Virus record (IMG/VR): IMGVR_UViG_3300000956_000071
Location: 1 to 50,103 of that record
From: a virus
Lineage: Duplodnaviria; Caudoviricetes
Direction: 5' to 3' (one strand)
Length of the DNA stretch: 50,103 nucleotides
Numbering within the stretch: the first letter of the stretch is position 1; every line of letters begins with the position of its first letter. Below are positions 25,422 through 34,933 of the stretch, in pieces. The notes beneath the pieces are model-generated. The model made no database searches and had not been told where the DNA came from. It saw nothing but the letters and a program-made list of their open reading frames with translations. A program made the position numbers and the translations under genes.

Positions 25422-25494
25422 GGTCTACCTCCTTCACCTTCCAGCAAGGCCATCCTGTCATGCATGCTTCATGGTCTGGGCAGTCATCACACAC
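25405..25494 (-). CDS. 29-aa Cys-rich microprotein MCDDCPDHEACMTGWPCWKVKEVDRANKR
   Basis: TAGTG overlap with upstream ORF. Confidence 0.45.
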   Translation of the reverse strand: MCDDCPDHEACMTGWPCWKVKEVDRANKR

Positions 25495-25550
25495 TAGTGA
25501 CCCCCACACTGATTAATGGGCTTCTGACATAACGGACAGATTGGCATCAC
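25494..25550 (-). CDS. 18-aa microprotein MMPICPLCQKPINQCGGH
   Basis: GTGA overlap with RNA ligase stop; CxxC-x6-CxxH. Confidence 0.45.
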   Translation of the reverse strand: MMPICPLCQKPINQCGGH

Positions 25551-26293
25551 TTCTGCTCCCACTTGTGAAAGGCATCGTCCTTGAGCAGCATCTTGGTACG
25601 AGTCCTGGTCTCATTGTTCCAGATAATGATTCCCTCAGCGTCTGCTGCCTTCTGGTAGACGTATTCCATGCCTTCCAACCCCGGAATCCCGGTGTGAACA
25701 TCCTCGCGCTTAGCACCAACAACCTTGGTTCCGTAAGTCTCCAGGTCGTGCATGATATTGGGGATGGTAAAGACATCACACTGACCATGGTGCAGCAGAG
25801 GAACAGTCTCCAGGCCATCCACGTTTTCCAGCTCATAGCCGTTAGACTCGTTGTACTTGGTGGGGTGGAACAAAGCGAATCGCTTGCCCTCGATGCCCAG
25901 GGGGTTCTTCTGGATACCCTCGCCGTACCATTCACCATAGTGGTAGCCGTAGCCAAGCGTGTCCATCAGTGCGCCTGCATTCTCGTACACCCACTTGGCA
26001 AAGCCGTAGTTGTCGTCATCAGGGGTGATGAGCCGCTTACGAGACTGGGCGGAGACCACACCGTTGTAGATGACAACACATGCGTTAGTGCCGTCGATCT
26101 TCTCCGTGATGGTCTTGTTCTTGTTCTCCCGAGGAGTAGATCCCCACCCCTTGAACTCGCCCATGGTGCTTTCCTTCTTATCCTTTTCCAGCGCAGCACC
26201 AATGCTGGAAATGAACTCCACAAGCTCCTCATCGGTTGGGCCTTCGAACAGTTCGAGCTGAGCAGCCTCAATCATTTCTGCGGTAGCATTCAT
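25547..26293 (-). CDS. RNA ligase, Rnl2-like adenylation domain
   Basis: ITEKIDGTNA (motif I), YGEWYG, FALF, EGII, K.LLK. Confidence 0.8.
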   Translation of the reverse strand: MNATAEMIEAAQLELFEGPTDEELVEFISSIGAALEKDKKESTMGEFKGWGSTPRENKNKTITEKIDGTNACVVIYNGVVSAQSRKRLITPDDDNYGFAKWVYENAGALMDTLGYGYHYGEWYGEGIQKNPLGIEGKRFALFHPTKYNESNGYELENVDGLETVPLLHHGQCDVFTIPNIMHDLETYGTKVVGAKREDVHTGIPGLEGMEYVYQKAADAEGIIIWNNETRTRTKMLLKDDAFHKWEQK

Positions 26294-26304
26294 AGTAACT
26301 CTCC

Positions 26305-26670
26305 TTAAAGTGCATAGTCATCGTGGTAGAAGATACGGAACTTGATGCGAGCCTTAACCACCTTTTCCAGAGTAGTCATGGTTCCGCTGGACATGTCCCT
26401 GACAAAAAACAAGGCCATGTCAGGCTCTGCTTGGACCATTTGCAGGTTACGTATATGGGTAGCAACCTTGCCGTATTCTGTATACTCAGGCCTGTAGTCG
26501 ATAATGTCCCAGTTGTTGTTCAAAGCGAAGGCCCTAGCCATTGTGTCAGCGCCTTTAGCACAGCCCTGAATCAACCTCATGCGACCTGGCACCCACTCAT
26601 CCTGAAGCGCTTTTCTGATGACAGAGTCCCACACCCAGTTACGGGACCCTGATACCATTACTGTCTTCAC
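26305..26670 (-). CDS. SLOG-family protein (YspA/DUF2493-like)
   Basis: VMVSGSR, IQGCAKGAD, IRN.QM, S.GT. Confidence 0.8.
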   Translation of the reverse strand: MKTVMVSGSRNWVWDSVIRKALQDEWVPGRMRLIQGCAKGADTMARAFALNNNWDIIDYRPEYTEYGKVATHIRNLQMVQAEPDMALFFVRDMSSGTMTTLEKVVKARIKFRIFYHDDYAL

Positions 26671-26858
26671 TCAATACCTCTGTTCCAGTTAGCAATGTGG
26701 GTTACTTCTGATGTGTCGTAGAAAAGAGAGATGGTGTGGTATAGAAACTGCCTTACCACACCACCCACCACGACAGTAGAAACAGAGAACTGGTCTTCCA
26801 TACCCCATTGGTTACAATAGTGGCAGAAGACGTATTCTCTGAATGGTTCACTGTCCAT
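26667..26858 (-). CDS. Hypothetical protein with CxxC
   Basis: CHYC; RBS; overlaps next gene. Confidence 0.5.
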   Translation of the reverse strand: MDSEPFREYVFCHYCNQWGMEDQFSVSTVVVGGVVRQFLYHTISLFYDTSEVTHIANWNRGIE

Positions 26859-26860
26859 GA

Positions 26861-27184
26861 CTACTCCTGCCAGATGTCCTTGAACATGAACTCGATTCCA
26901 CCCTTGTACAAGGCCCTGTCCAGATCATCTGAGAGAAGGTCAGGCATCACGAACTTGCCAGTCACCACGATGTCGGAAGACATGTAACCCTGCTTCGCGT
27001 GCCGTTCTAGGTGATCCACTGTGTCCTCATTCTCAATCACATTGAGATTCAGGCTGTAGCTCTCAAGATCGTGGGTGGCCTCGTGGAGACGGACAAGCTC
27101 CTCCTCGTTGCCGTCAAGCTGAAGCCAGAAGGTCCACGTCTCACCTTCCCAGTCGTTGTCCTCGGTGAAAGGAACAAACCGCAT
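26861..27184 (-). CDS. Hypothetical acidic protein
   Basis: E.NDWEGETW.F...LYKGGI; TAATG overlap. Confidence 0.65.
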   Translation of the reverse strand: MRFVPFTEDNDWEGETWTFWLQLDGNEEELVRLHEATHDLESYSLNLNVIENEDTVDHLERHAKQGYMSSDIVVTGKFVMPDLLSDDLDRALYKGGIEFMFKDIWQE

Positions 27185-27276
27185 TACTTACCCCTTCCGG
27201 CCTTGTCGATCTCTCGAAGACAATTGCACGTCTCGGCGTTGCCGCCACAACCTGCACAGTATGTGTAATTAATCAT
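27184..27276 (-). CDS. 30-aa microprotein MINYTYCAGCGGNAETCNCLREIDKAGRGK
   Basis: AGGAG RBS; CxxC-x6-CxC. Confidence 0.55.
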   Translation of the reverse strand: MINYTYCAGCGGNAETCNCLREIDKAGRGK

Positions 27277-27364
27277 CGTCTCCTACTTCGCATTTGCCAC
27301 AGACGACACCACTGCCGCTGGGCTTTCCACAGACAAAGCACTTGCCGTCGTCGGGATCACACAT
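27269..27364 (-). CDS. 31-aa microprotein MCDPDDGKCFVCGKPSGSGVVCGKCEVGDDD
   Basis: CxxC-x9-CxxC; overlaps both neighbours. Confidence 0.55.
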   Translation of the reverse strand: MCDPDDGKCFVCGKPSGSGVVCGKCEVGDDD

Positions 27365-27509
27365 GGCATTCACACTCACAGAACCCATCAAAGGTGCAAA
27401 TCCCGCCGCACTCTTCAAACTCACAAGGTCCATATACTTTCCCTTCTATGCACATCCACAAACCAGTCCAACATTCGTGCTCACTTGTCCCGACAGTCGT
27501 AACAGACAT
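27357..27509 (-). CDS. 50-aa microprotein with 8 Cys (...CEFEECGGICTFDGFCECECHV)
   Basis: GGAAGGAAG RBS; overlaps both neighbours. Confidence 0.55.
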   Translation of the reverse strand: MSVTTVGTSEHECWTGLWMCIEGKVYGPCEFEECGGICTFDGFCECECHV

Positions 27510-27618
27510 CTTCCTTCCGCCCGTCCACAGGATCTACATTCAGATTGTCGATATGAGTCCACTCAAAACAGATGCAACATAGTGCACCATCCTCAGTTGG
27601 CTGAGGCCACGGGCTCAT
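27481..27618 (-). CDS. 45-aa Zn-finger microprotein (CCIC...CYDC)
   Basis: GGAGGTG RBS before ATG at 27618. Confidence 0.6.
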   Translation of the reverse strand: MSPWPQPTEDGALCCICFEWTHIDNLNVDPVDGRKEDVCYDCRDK

Positions 27619-27700
27619 TATCACCTCCAGGTGGTAGCCAGCACCCACAACTGGGAAGTTGTGGGTGCCATTCACACTTAGGCTGCTGCTCCGTATCCAT
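27593..27700 (-). CDS. 35-aa microprotein (CEWH...CGC)
   Basis: Fills the gap after the polymerase; weak RBS. Confidence 0.35.
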   Translation of the reverse strand: MDTEQQPKCEWHPQLPSCGCWLPPGGDNEPVASAN

Positions 27701-29498
27701 GCCCCCAACTCATTCCGTACACATCCGCATCGGTATCAATGAAGACATCACCCATTTGTTCCGACATCAACTTAGCCATCCTCTTAGCCCCGAGATCGGC
27801 CACTCCTTCCGGAAGTGAACCAACAATCTCATCGTGAATAGGCAGCCTCATGTACGGAGTAAACCCAGCGTCATGAAGCCTGAGCAAGCCACGACAGGTC
27901 ACGTCCCGAGAAGAAGACTGGATCATGTAGTTCAGCGCCGAGTAACCTCGGCCCTCATCAACCGGGAGAACCCTTCCGGTAGGCGTCACTACATAGCCCT
28001 GAGTGTCTGCCAGACGGGCCAGAATGTCAGAGTAGGTACGAACACCTGGGTACCGCTTGTCGAACGCCTCTACGACCCTCTTAGCCTGCATGAAGGACAG
28101 CCCAGTCTGCTCTGACACAGTCTTAGCGCCACCGCCATACACACGACCGAAGTTCACAGTCTTGGCGTACTTCCGCTCAACCGAATCCTTGGTGATGTGG
28201 GTGCCCCATGCTGCCTGCGCGGTGAGGAGGTGCAGATCCAAGCCCTGATTGAAAGCGTTGATCATAGTAACGTCACCAGACAACGCAGCCAGCACCCTGA
28301 GTTCCTGTGCCTGGTAGTCAACCGACACAATAGTCTCACCAGGATCGGCGATGAAGCACCTTCTGATCGTCCAGTCACCAGATGGAAGAGTCTGAGCAGG
28401 GATACCTGTGATTGACATGCGTCCTGTACGAGCCTGGAGGGTGTTGATAGATGCGTGACACCTACCGTTCTCGTCCATGTTGTTCAGGAAGCCCTCAACC
28501 CAGGTGGTTCGCCACTTACGGGCCTTCTTGGCATCTGATACCGCAGTAATGAATGCGATCTGCTTGTTGGTACCAGACCCTTGAATCTTCTCGATGACCT
28601 TCTTATCTACCTTCAGTTTGCCTGTCGGTGTCCGGTCTTTGAGTTTGACCCCCATAGATAGAAGAACATCGGCGACTTGGTCAGTACTTCCAACGTTCTC
28701 GCATCCAAATCCTGCGGCCAGTTCTCGGTTGTATTCCTCTGTCTGAAGGAGTCTGGCAGCCAATTCGAGAGAGTAGTCTTCATCCAAGAGGAATCCAGTT
28801 CGCTCGTAGTACGAGCAGACTTCTGCGACTTTGTGCTCAAAAGACACAAGGGGGGCTGCGCTGGTCGGTACCAGCTTCGGAAGCTTTGAAGCCAATCGAG
28901 CTGCGAGGATGCCGTCCATTCCGGCGTACAGATTGTACCACGGATCATTGATATCCACCTTCTCCCAGATCTTGGTCTTGGTTGTCTTATACTTCTTTGC
29001 CAGCACAGACATAGAACCCTTGACCGTGTCCGCAACCTCAGCATCAATATAAAACCTGGTGAGGTCTTCGAGTGAGGTGCCAACACCGCCCTTCTCAGGT
29101 GCCCGAGGGTCAATCAGCATGGCATACAGCTTGGTGTCCAGGACCTTAGGCCACAACTCTTCGAGGGCCACTCCAAGACACTTGTTGAACACCTGTAGGT
29201 CATACATACCATTCTGAAAAATGAGCTTGTCTACAGCTCTCAGAGTTTGGATGACCACCTGGACGAACATCCCGCCATATTCAACCGGGATAACCCAGGC
29301 CTCGTATGGTGTGCCGAACTGTACTAGTCGAAGCCTGAAGTTCTGTGCGTAAATATTCAGACCTGTTGCTTCTGAGTCGCAAGCAAGAACCTTGAGGTTT
29401 CTCCGAACGAATTCACGGAACGATTCTAGGTCTTCTTCCGTTTCGACTCGGTGAATCTTGACGTTCTCCCCGCTAACTCGATAGTTAGCGGTTCTCAT
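27678..29498 (-). CDS. polA: DNA polymerase I (family A) with 3'-5' exonuclease
   Basis: DSE.TGL exo I; ARTGRMS; DY.AQELRVLA; K.VNFG.VYG; IHDE. Confidence 0.95.
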   Translation of the reverse strand: MRTANYRVSGENVKIHRVETEEDLESFREFVRRNLKVLACDSEATGLNIYAQNFRLRLVQFGTPYEAWVIPVEYGGMFVQVVIQTLRAVDKLIFQNGMYDLQVFNKCLGVALEELWPKVLDTKLYAMLIDPRAPEKGGVGTSLEDLTRFYIDAEVADTVKGSMSVLAKKYKTTKTKIWEKVDINDPWYNLYAGMDGILAARLASKLPKLVPTSAAPLVSFEHKVAEVCSYYERTGFLLDEDYSLELAARLLQTEEYNRELAAGFGCENVGSTDQVADVLLSMGVKLKDRTPTGKLKVDKKVIEKIQGSGTNKQIAFITAVSDAKKARKWRTTWVEGFLNNMDENGRCHASINTLQARTGRMSITGIPAQTLPSGDWTIRRCFIADPGETIVSVDYQAQELRVLAALSGDVTMINAFNQGLDLHLLTAQAAWGTHITKDSVERKYAKTVNFGRVYGGGAKTVSEQTGLSFMQAKRVVEAFDKRYPGVRTYSDILARLADTQGYVVTPTGRVLPVDEGRGYSALNYMIQSSSRDVTCRGLLRLHDAGFTPYMRLPIHDEIVGSLPEGVADLGAKRMAKLMSEQMGDVFIDTDADVYGMSWGHGYGAAA

Positions 29499-29726
29499 CT
29501 ACCTACCCCACATGTCCTTGCGTACTCGCTCTACAGACCATCCGTGCTTGGTGATCATGTAGACTGCCTGGAGGAGCCGATCCATTTCAGGTTTGATTTC
29601 CCCAAGACGAATCCCCACCATGGTTGACAACGTGTTGCGGGCCTTCTCAAACTCTTGGTAGTAGTGATCGTCAACGTACGTCTCTGCGATCAGCTTTTTG
29701 TCAAGAAGAATTTCTACCTTCATCAC
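29499..29726 (-). CDS. Hypothetical protein
   Basis: ORF in operon. Confidence 0.55.
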   Translation of the reverse strand: MMKVEILLDKKLIAETYVDDHYYQEFEKARNTLSTMVGIRLGEIKPEMDRLLQAVYMITKHGWSVERVRKDMWGR

Positions 29727-29941
29727 TTGTCTCCGCTCTCCCCTCCTGAAACAATCTCCATCTCATCCTCTGCCAGAATGAAGGGCTCAGGGTACCCAGG
29801 CAGAAGAACATCGTAAGGGTGGTACAAGGTGGCGTCTGCCCCTACAACTTTTCCGACAAAGCCGACCTTACCGGCGAACCCGCCAATGATCTTCACGTAG
29901 TCACCAACGTTGAACTTCAGTTCCTTCATTGCCTCTCCCAT
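29723..29941 (-). CDS. KOW/SH3-like small protein
   Basis: FNVGDYVKIIGG..G.VG.V. Confidence 0.55.
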   Translation of the reverse strand: MGEAMKELKFNVGDYVKIIGGFAGKVGFVGKVVGADATLYHPYDVLLPGYPEPFILAEDEMEIVSGGESGDK

Positions 29942-30029
29942 TCAGACTTGTATGTGTGGGGTTTTGGGCTGGACTTAGATCTACTATCCCCACTTCAACG
30001 CAGCTAAGCCATGCGTCACTTGTGTTTAG

Positions 30030-30608
30030 TTACCGAACGTACTTGTTCTTGCACTTGTCGGTAGAGTTACGAGGTGCCGGGCAGAAATACCCCTGCCAGA
30101 CGGAGCCGTCGTCGCTCGTACCAGACTTGAATGACATCACGCCGTGCTTGCAGGTCTGCTGACCCCAAGGTCCATCGGTAGCAGCAGCAGGCTTGCCCTG
30201 TGTACGGGCCTGAGAGCCATTCTGAGCGGAGTTCTGCCCATTCTGGAGTGAGGATGCCGGGGCCTGTCCCACAAAGTACTGAGAGGCAGCCTGGACCCTC
30301 GTAAGAAGCTCGGCGAACTCCTTGTCATTGATGATCGCAAGAGACTCAGCCACGTTGTCAGCGTGCACCACAACCCACGGAGCATCGTAGTCACGACCTC
30401 CCTTGAACGTGGAAACAACCTTGCCCTCAGAGCCCACAGTCACTACCTTCACCTTCTCAGTATCAGTATTCTTCACGTCGGTTTCGTTGTCTTGCACTTC
30501 CCATGGTGGAGTCTCGGTCTGTGCCTCATCCCCAACAGGCACGTTATCCTGTTCAGGCGCAAACGGGTCAATCTCTACCGGGGTTTCCTTCTTAGCCCTA
30601 GGGGGCAT
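30030..30608 (-). CDS. Conserved L5-like early protein (possibly ssDNA-binding) with C-terminal Zn knuckle
   Basis: IDPF; TFKGGRDYDAPWVV.HA; C.HG.M.FKSG...W..YFCP; GGAGG RBS at ATG 30608. Confidence 0.6.
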   Translation of the reverse strand: MPPRAKKETPVEIDPFAPEQDNVPVGDEAQTETPPWEVQDNETDVKNTDTEKVKVVTVGSEGKVVSTFKGGRDYDAPWVVVHADNVAESLAIINDKEFAELLTRVQAASQYFVGQAPASSLQNGQNSAQNGSQARTQGKPAAATDGPWGQQTCKHGVMSFKSGTSDDGSVWQGYFCPAPRNSTDKCKNKYVR

Positions 30609-30720
30609 TTGTTCCTCCAATTGTTTCTTACTAAATCTGCCTAGTGGTTCCGCGTGTAGTAACGCTGTAAGGTCTTCCGACTTGGTTACATCGAACCACC
30701 GGTTGTATTTGAATAGGTAC

Positions 30721-32751
30721 CTATCGAACTGGACATGCGCCGGTAGCGCATTCATCATCAACCGATGCATCTACACTCTTGGCTACAGACATTTCGTATG
30801 CCTCCTTGGTGATTCGGGTATACGGTGCCTGTTCGAACGACTGCTCAGGGAACACAGTCATTCCCTTCAGCATCGGACCAAAGAAGTTGATATACTTCAT
30901 CAGCTCCTCCACCGTGTAGTCCTTCGGGTCAACATTTGCAGTGAAGCTCACCGAGTTGTCGGCCCAGCACCTCTGGTACATCTCCTGGAACATCAGCATT
31001 TGTTGCAAGGTCAAGTCAGCCGCAGATTCAATCACCTTCTCAGGATCGTATCCCTTGTCGAGGACTTGATCCATAAGAATGTCCTTGGTGGGGATGGTGA
31101 CAATCATTGTGTTCTCTTCCACCAGAGAGGGTTCAACATGGAAGCCACGGTTCACGTAGTCCATGCAGGTTTCCCACTGATCAGGGTCAAGAGTGCTGAA
31201 CCTGATCCGCCTGTCAAAATACTTGGCAAAGATGGGATGGATTCCCTCACTTACACCAGGCATCTTCGCAATGGTTCCGGTAGGAGCCACTGTACGAGTC
31301 TTGACAGGAACAGGAATTCGTAGCTGGTGGCAATATTCCGAAGCAGCTCGGTCTACTTCTTCCGCCCAATCGTATAGCCACGATTCGAGCACCTGCGGGG
31401 CACTGTACTTGATCCCTCGCATAGCCAGAGCAGACGCAACCCCAAGGTGACCCACACCAATACGACGATTCCTAAGCAGAACCTCACGCTGTTTGGCATC
31501 GGTCACATCTCCATAGGTTGCCCTGATGAGGAATCGAGTCATCAGCTTATGGGCTTCAAAGATCTCACTGGACCAGAAGGTATCGAATGCTGCCAGGTTT
31601 ACATGCCCAAGGTTGCAGTTCTCCCACTGTTCAAGTGTGATCTCGCCACATGGGTTGGTGGTGATTACCTCGTTGGGCTCGCCTTCCTGCGACAAGGAGT
31701 AGTTCCAAATCCCAGGCTCACCATTGTGCAACATTCCCTCAGCAATGGCGCGAAGAACGTCGTAACGCTTACAGGACATGCCATCTGAGTCGTGATCCAA
31801 GCACTTCCAGAACTCATCATCCACTACTACTGAGATATTCGTAGTCCAGTGGTCACCGTTAGCCTTGCACTTGATGAACTCCATGATCTGAGGGTCATTC
31901 CAATGCATCATGGCCATTCGTGCAGACCTGCGAACACCACCTGAAACCACACAGTTGGCAATGGCATGATCGATCTTCATTGCGTCCATGCCGGTTACCT
32001 GGCCATGTGGGACTCCGTCACGCCATTCAGTTCGGCTGTATGTACGGTTGAGAATCTCTGCAACCTCAATCAACATCTTGGCTAGTGGGAGAGGGCCTGA
32101 AGCCCTGCCGCCGAAGGTCTTTAGCCTCGCACCTTCTTCACGAACCCTCGATACATCATAGACACGGTTCGTATTCGCTGCTTTACGCCCGTAAGTATCC
32201 ACCAGGTCCACCAGAGCAGAAGACCAGCCCTCACGAGAATCTTCGACGTCAAAGGCTCCTTCCCATTCCGACGTGTAATCAGACGAGAGAACACCAGCCG
32301 CCTCCATCTTCAGATAGTCAGGATGACCAGGATCACAAACGATATGAACCACGTAAGGTCCTCCCGCCAGTGGATCATATCGTTCCAAATACGAATTAGA
32401 GTAGTTAGCACCAACGCCACCTCCCTCCATCAATCGTAGGAACGTAAACTCGAAGTGATCCGACAGCTTCTCTCCCCAACCACTCACGTGGCAGTTGAAA
32501 AGGAACTGCCTACCCTTCACGCCAGAAGCCCAAAGGTGACGGCCGCCAGGGATAAGCTTGAACTCGGTAATAAGATCAATCAAAGCCTGACGTTCACCCT
32601 TGAGGTGGTATTTCTCAGGGACCAACGCCAGGTTTCCATCCACCACCCGTTCTACCGTCTCTGGCCACGTCTCTTTGGTGCCGTCTGGCTTGGGCCTTGA
32701 GTAGGTCCTCTCGTAGACAACCTTACCGGTTTCTGTGAGCTGCAACTTCAC
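30721..32751 (-). CDS. nrdJ: Class II (AdoCbl-dependent) ribonucleotide reductase
   Basis: YERTYSR..ETW, TNPCGEI, VAPTGT, C-terminal CATGACPVR. Confidence 0.92.
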   Translation of the reverse strand: MKLQLTETGKVVYERTYSRPKPDGTKETWPETVERVVDGNLALVPEKYHLKGERQALIDLITEFKLIPGGRHLWASGVKGRQFLFNCHVSGWGEKLSDHFEFTFLRLMEGGGVGANYSNSYLERYDPLAGGPYVVHIVCDPGHPDYLKMEAAGVLSSDYTSEWEGAFDVEDSREGWSSALVDLVDTYGRKAANTNRVYDVSRVREEGARLKTFGGRASGPLPLAKMLIEVAEILNRTYSRTEWRDGVPHGQVTGMDAMKIDHAIANCVVSGGVRRSARMAMMHWNDPQIMEFIKCKANGDHWTTNISVVVDDEFWKCLDHDSDGMSCKRYDVLRAIAEGMLHNGEPGIWNYSLSQEGEPNEVITTNPCGEITLEQWENCNLGHVNLAAFDTFWSSEIFEAHKLMTRFLIRATYGDVTDAKQREVLLRNRRIGVGHLGVASALAMRGIKYSAPQVLESWLYDWAEEVDRAASEYCHQLRIPVPVKTRTVAPTGTIAKMPGVSEGIHPIFAKYFDRRIRFSTLDPDQWETCMDYVNRGFHVEPSLVEENTMIVTIPTKDILMDQVLDKGYDPEKVIESAADLTLQQMLMFQEMYQRCWADNSVSFTANVDPKDYTVEELMKYINFFGPMLKGMTVFPEQSFEQAPYTRITKEAYEMSVAKSVDASVDDECATGACPVR

Positions 32752-33305
32752 TCCGTCCTTGCTTGCGCCTGGGTGCTGGTCAGTGCCTTACGAGACCCAG
32801 GACCCTCGTAGGAGTATCGTGCTGCCCTGTTCACGTGGTTCATCAACTTGGCCAACTTGTCCACCGCCTGGGTAGTCATGTTCGTATGCCCTTCACGACC
32901 ATGAACCCACTTGTCGATAACAGTCTTGAAATACCTTGGTGCATCAGACCTCAACATGAGAAGTCCCTCAATCAGATCAACGTGTTCTGCTACAGACTCC
33001 AGAGTCACATCAATCAAGTACTCAGTAAGCAGGCCCCGCACTTCCTTCGGGGTGTAGGTGTAGTCGCCAGAGTAGTACTCGTAGGCACTGTTCTGCTTGT
33101 ACATCTCCTGCTTGGCAATCTTAGTCAGGTTCTTGTGCGGGTCTTCCATCTCACAATACTGGGCGTACTGGGTAGGGTTCTCCAACATCCAAACCCACAT
33201 GTCCTGTGAAAGGTCTTCCCATTCAATCAGGTTGCTTCTACCAGCAACAGACCTGGCAGCCTTATTCACCTTCTCCCGGAAATCATCCGTGATGGTAATA
33301 GTCAT
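32748..33305 (-). CDS. Sigma-region-2-like or DNA-binding protein
   Basis: AARSVA...EDL.Q.MW.W.LE; Y.Y...EVR.LL; position before RNR as in L5-like phages. Confidence 0.5.
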   Translation of the reverse strand: MTITITDDFREKVNKAARSVAGRSNLIEWEDLSQDMWVWMLENPTQYAQYCEMEDPHKNLTKIAKQEMYKQNSAYEYYSGDYTYTPKEVRGLLTEYLIDVTLESVAEHVDLIEGLLMLRSDAPRYFKTVIDKWVHGREGHTNMTTQAVDKLAKLMNHVNRAARYSYEGPGSRKALTSTQAQARTE

Positions 33306-34045
33306 TACACACTCCTAAATTCAGTAAGCTTCTCAGACAGCTTGTACTTGAACCACCCACCGCAGGCATTGCAACTGAATCGCTGATACCTGGCGAATGT
33401 ATTTTCGTACGTTCCACGCTGCTGGAAGTCCATAGATCCACACCTTGTGCATCCTTCCACGCTGTCATCGTCGAACACATTCACGTTGGGATGCGTCCTG
33501 ATCCATGGAAGGATGGTGGTGTATAGTTCTTCGGTGAGCACGACATCCTGTTTGTTGTACTCTCGCATCTTCGACCAGGCCTCGATGTCACCGTTCATGC
33601 AGTCAATCCAGAGCTGGAATCCGGAGTGACTCACCTTCTGCCCGATGTTCAGCGACGTTGACACATCGTTCAGCTTGTTGGAAGCGAACTTGAACCGCCG
33701 CTTCACCACCTGGTACAGATCGGTGTGCTGGTAGGGTGACGGAACCATCTTGGTGTCGAGCATAATCATCTCGGTCTCAAGATGTGGCACGTCGAAAGTC
33801 TTACCATTGTAGGTGACAAGCATATCCGCCTCATTGAACAGCCGGTATGCCTGCCTCACCATCTCGTCATGCCCGTCATGGAAGTCTGAGTAATACATAA
33901 CCTCAGGCTTTCCGAGCCACTTCGCAGCAAAACAACAGACCCTCTTCAACTCCTTGATCTGGATCATGTTGATGTCTTGCTTCCACCTATCCCAGAAGTA
34001 ACCTAGGTGGGGGAGGGTTTCAATGTCGATCGTAAGTACATTCAT
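33305..34045 (-). CDS. DnaQ/RNase H-like 3'-5' exonuclease with C-terminal Zn ribbon
   Basis: IDIET, TYNGKTFD, YNKQDV; CTRC...CNAC. Confidence 0.8.
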   Translation of the reverse strand: MNVLTIDIETLPHLGYFWDRWKQDINMIQIKELKRVCCFAAKWLGKPEVMYYSDFHDGHDEMVRQAYRLFNEADMLVTYNGKTFDVPHLETEMIMLDTKMVPSPYQHTDLYQVVKRRFKFASNKLNDVSTSLNIGQKVSHSGFQLWIDCMNGDIEAWSKMREYNKQDVVLTEELYTTILPWIRTHPNVNVFDDDSVEGCTRCGSMDFQQRGTYENTFARYQRFSCNACGGWFKYKLSEKLTEFRSV

Positions 34046-34407
34046 GCAACCACCTGAAACCACTGGTGCATCTGCTCGTTGGTCAGATACTCCCATGAGT
34101 ACGTGGAGGGGTAGTCAACCTGCCTCCCTCCAATGCGAATCCACTTCCAACCACCTTCCACCTTCATCACAAGATCACCCTCGTTGTCGATAACAACAGT
34201 GCCCAGAGGAAGATTGGGCTCATCGCTACCGCAACCCAGTACGGCCCGAACGGATGGTTCCTCCTTGTCGGCACCAAGGAACTCATTCAGGTCATCCCGC
34301 AAGCCTCGGGCGTTTTCCTGGTCCAGCAAGGCCAGCGTAGAGTCGAGTGACAAGAGAAAGAAAACACCCGACTCCACCTTGTCTACCACAAGAACTTCTT
34401 CACTCAT
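34042..34407 (-). CDS. Hypothetical protein
   Basis: GGAG RBS at ATG 34407. Confidence 0.55.
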   Translation of the reverse strand: MSEEVLVVDKVESGVFFLLSLDSTLALLDQENARGLRDDLNEFLGADKEEPSVRAVLGCGSDEPNLPLGTVVIDNEGDLVMKVEGGWKWIRIGGRQVDYPSTYSWEYLTNEQMHQWFQVVA

Positions 34408-34933
34408 TGGGAAACTCCTCCTCTTCCTCTGGGATGATGTCGACAACCTTCAGTGCTTCCCGAAGACGCCGGATCCGGATAAACAACATGGCGCAGTAGT
34501 TTGGGATGTCCCTGATCTCTTCTTCGATGTACTCGAACAAGCCATCTAGGTCCATTGCCTCAAACTTCTGGTAACCCTCTTCGGAATACTGCTTGTCACC
34601 CACACCCTTGATTCGATTTACACAGTCTGTCATGAACACGTTGACATAGTCTGCGAGGTCATCGGATGACATTCCGAACTGCTTCACCTTGTCGGACAGA
34701 TCAGAACCTGGCTCTTGTTCAGCCACCTTGACATTGACCACCTGGCCCAGCGTGAACAATGGTTCCAGTTCAAACCACTCATGGCCGCTGAGCCAGTTGC
34801 CGTTGCTGACCATATACAGATCGAATGCTGCATCGTATTCCTGAATGAATCCGACACGACCGTTGAACTCTCCGGACTTGACCACTACAGTCCTACCCTG
34901 AACCAGGAGATCCCTGGCCACTTCTTCATTCAC
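34400..34933 (-). CDS. Hypothetical protein; KOW-like N-terminus, possible MazG-like helical C-terminus
   Basis: G.KQY...EEE..D..NY acidic helix pattern. Confidence 0.45.
   Translation of the reverse strand: MNEEVARDLLVQGRTVVVKSGEFNGRVGFIQEYDAAFDLYMVSNGNWLSGHEWFELEPLFTLGQVVNVKVAEQEPGSDLSDKVKQFGMSSDDLADYVNVFMTDCVNRIKGVGDKQYSEEGYQKFEAMDLDGLFEYIEEEIRDIPNYCAMLFIRIRRLREALKVVDIIPEEEEEFPNE

Noticed and set aside
25541-26308. Long antisense ORFs in the right arm (also 30403-31323, 41084-41752)
   Set aside because: They are shadows of motif-bearing minus-strand genes.
30644-30699. Hammerhead ribozyme or cobalamin riboswitch next to nrdJ
   Set aside because: There is no CUGANGA/GAAA core or B12 box, and the element lies downstream of nrdJ.
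27678-32751. Inteins or introns in polymerase, RNR or terminase
   Set aside because: ORFs are continuous, of ordinary length, and show no splicing motifs.
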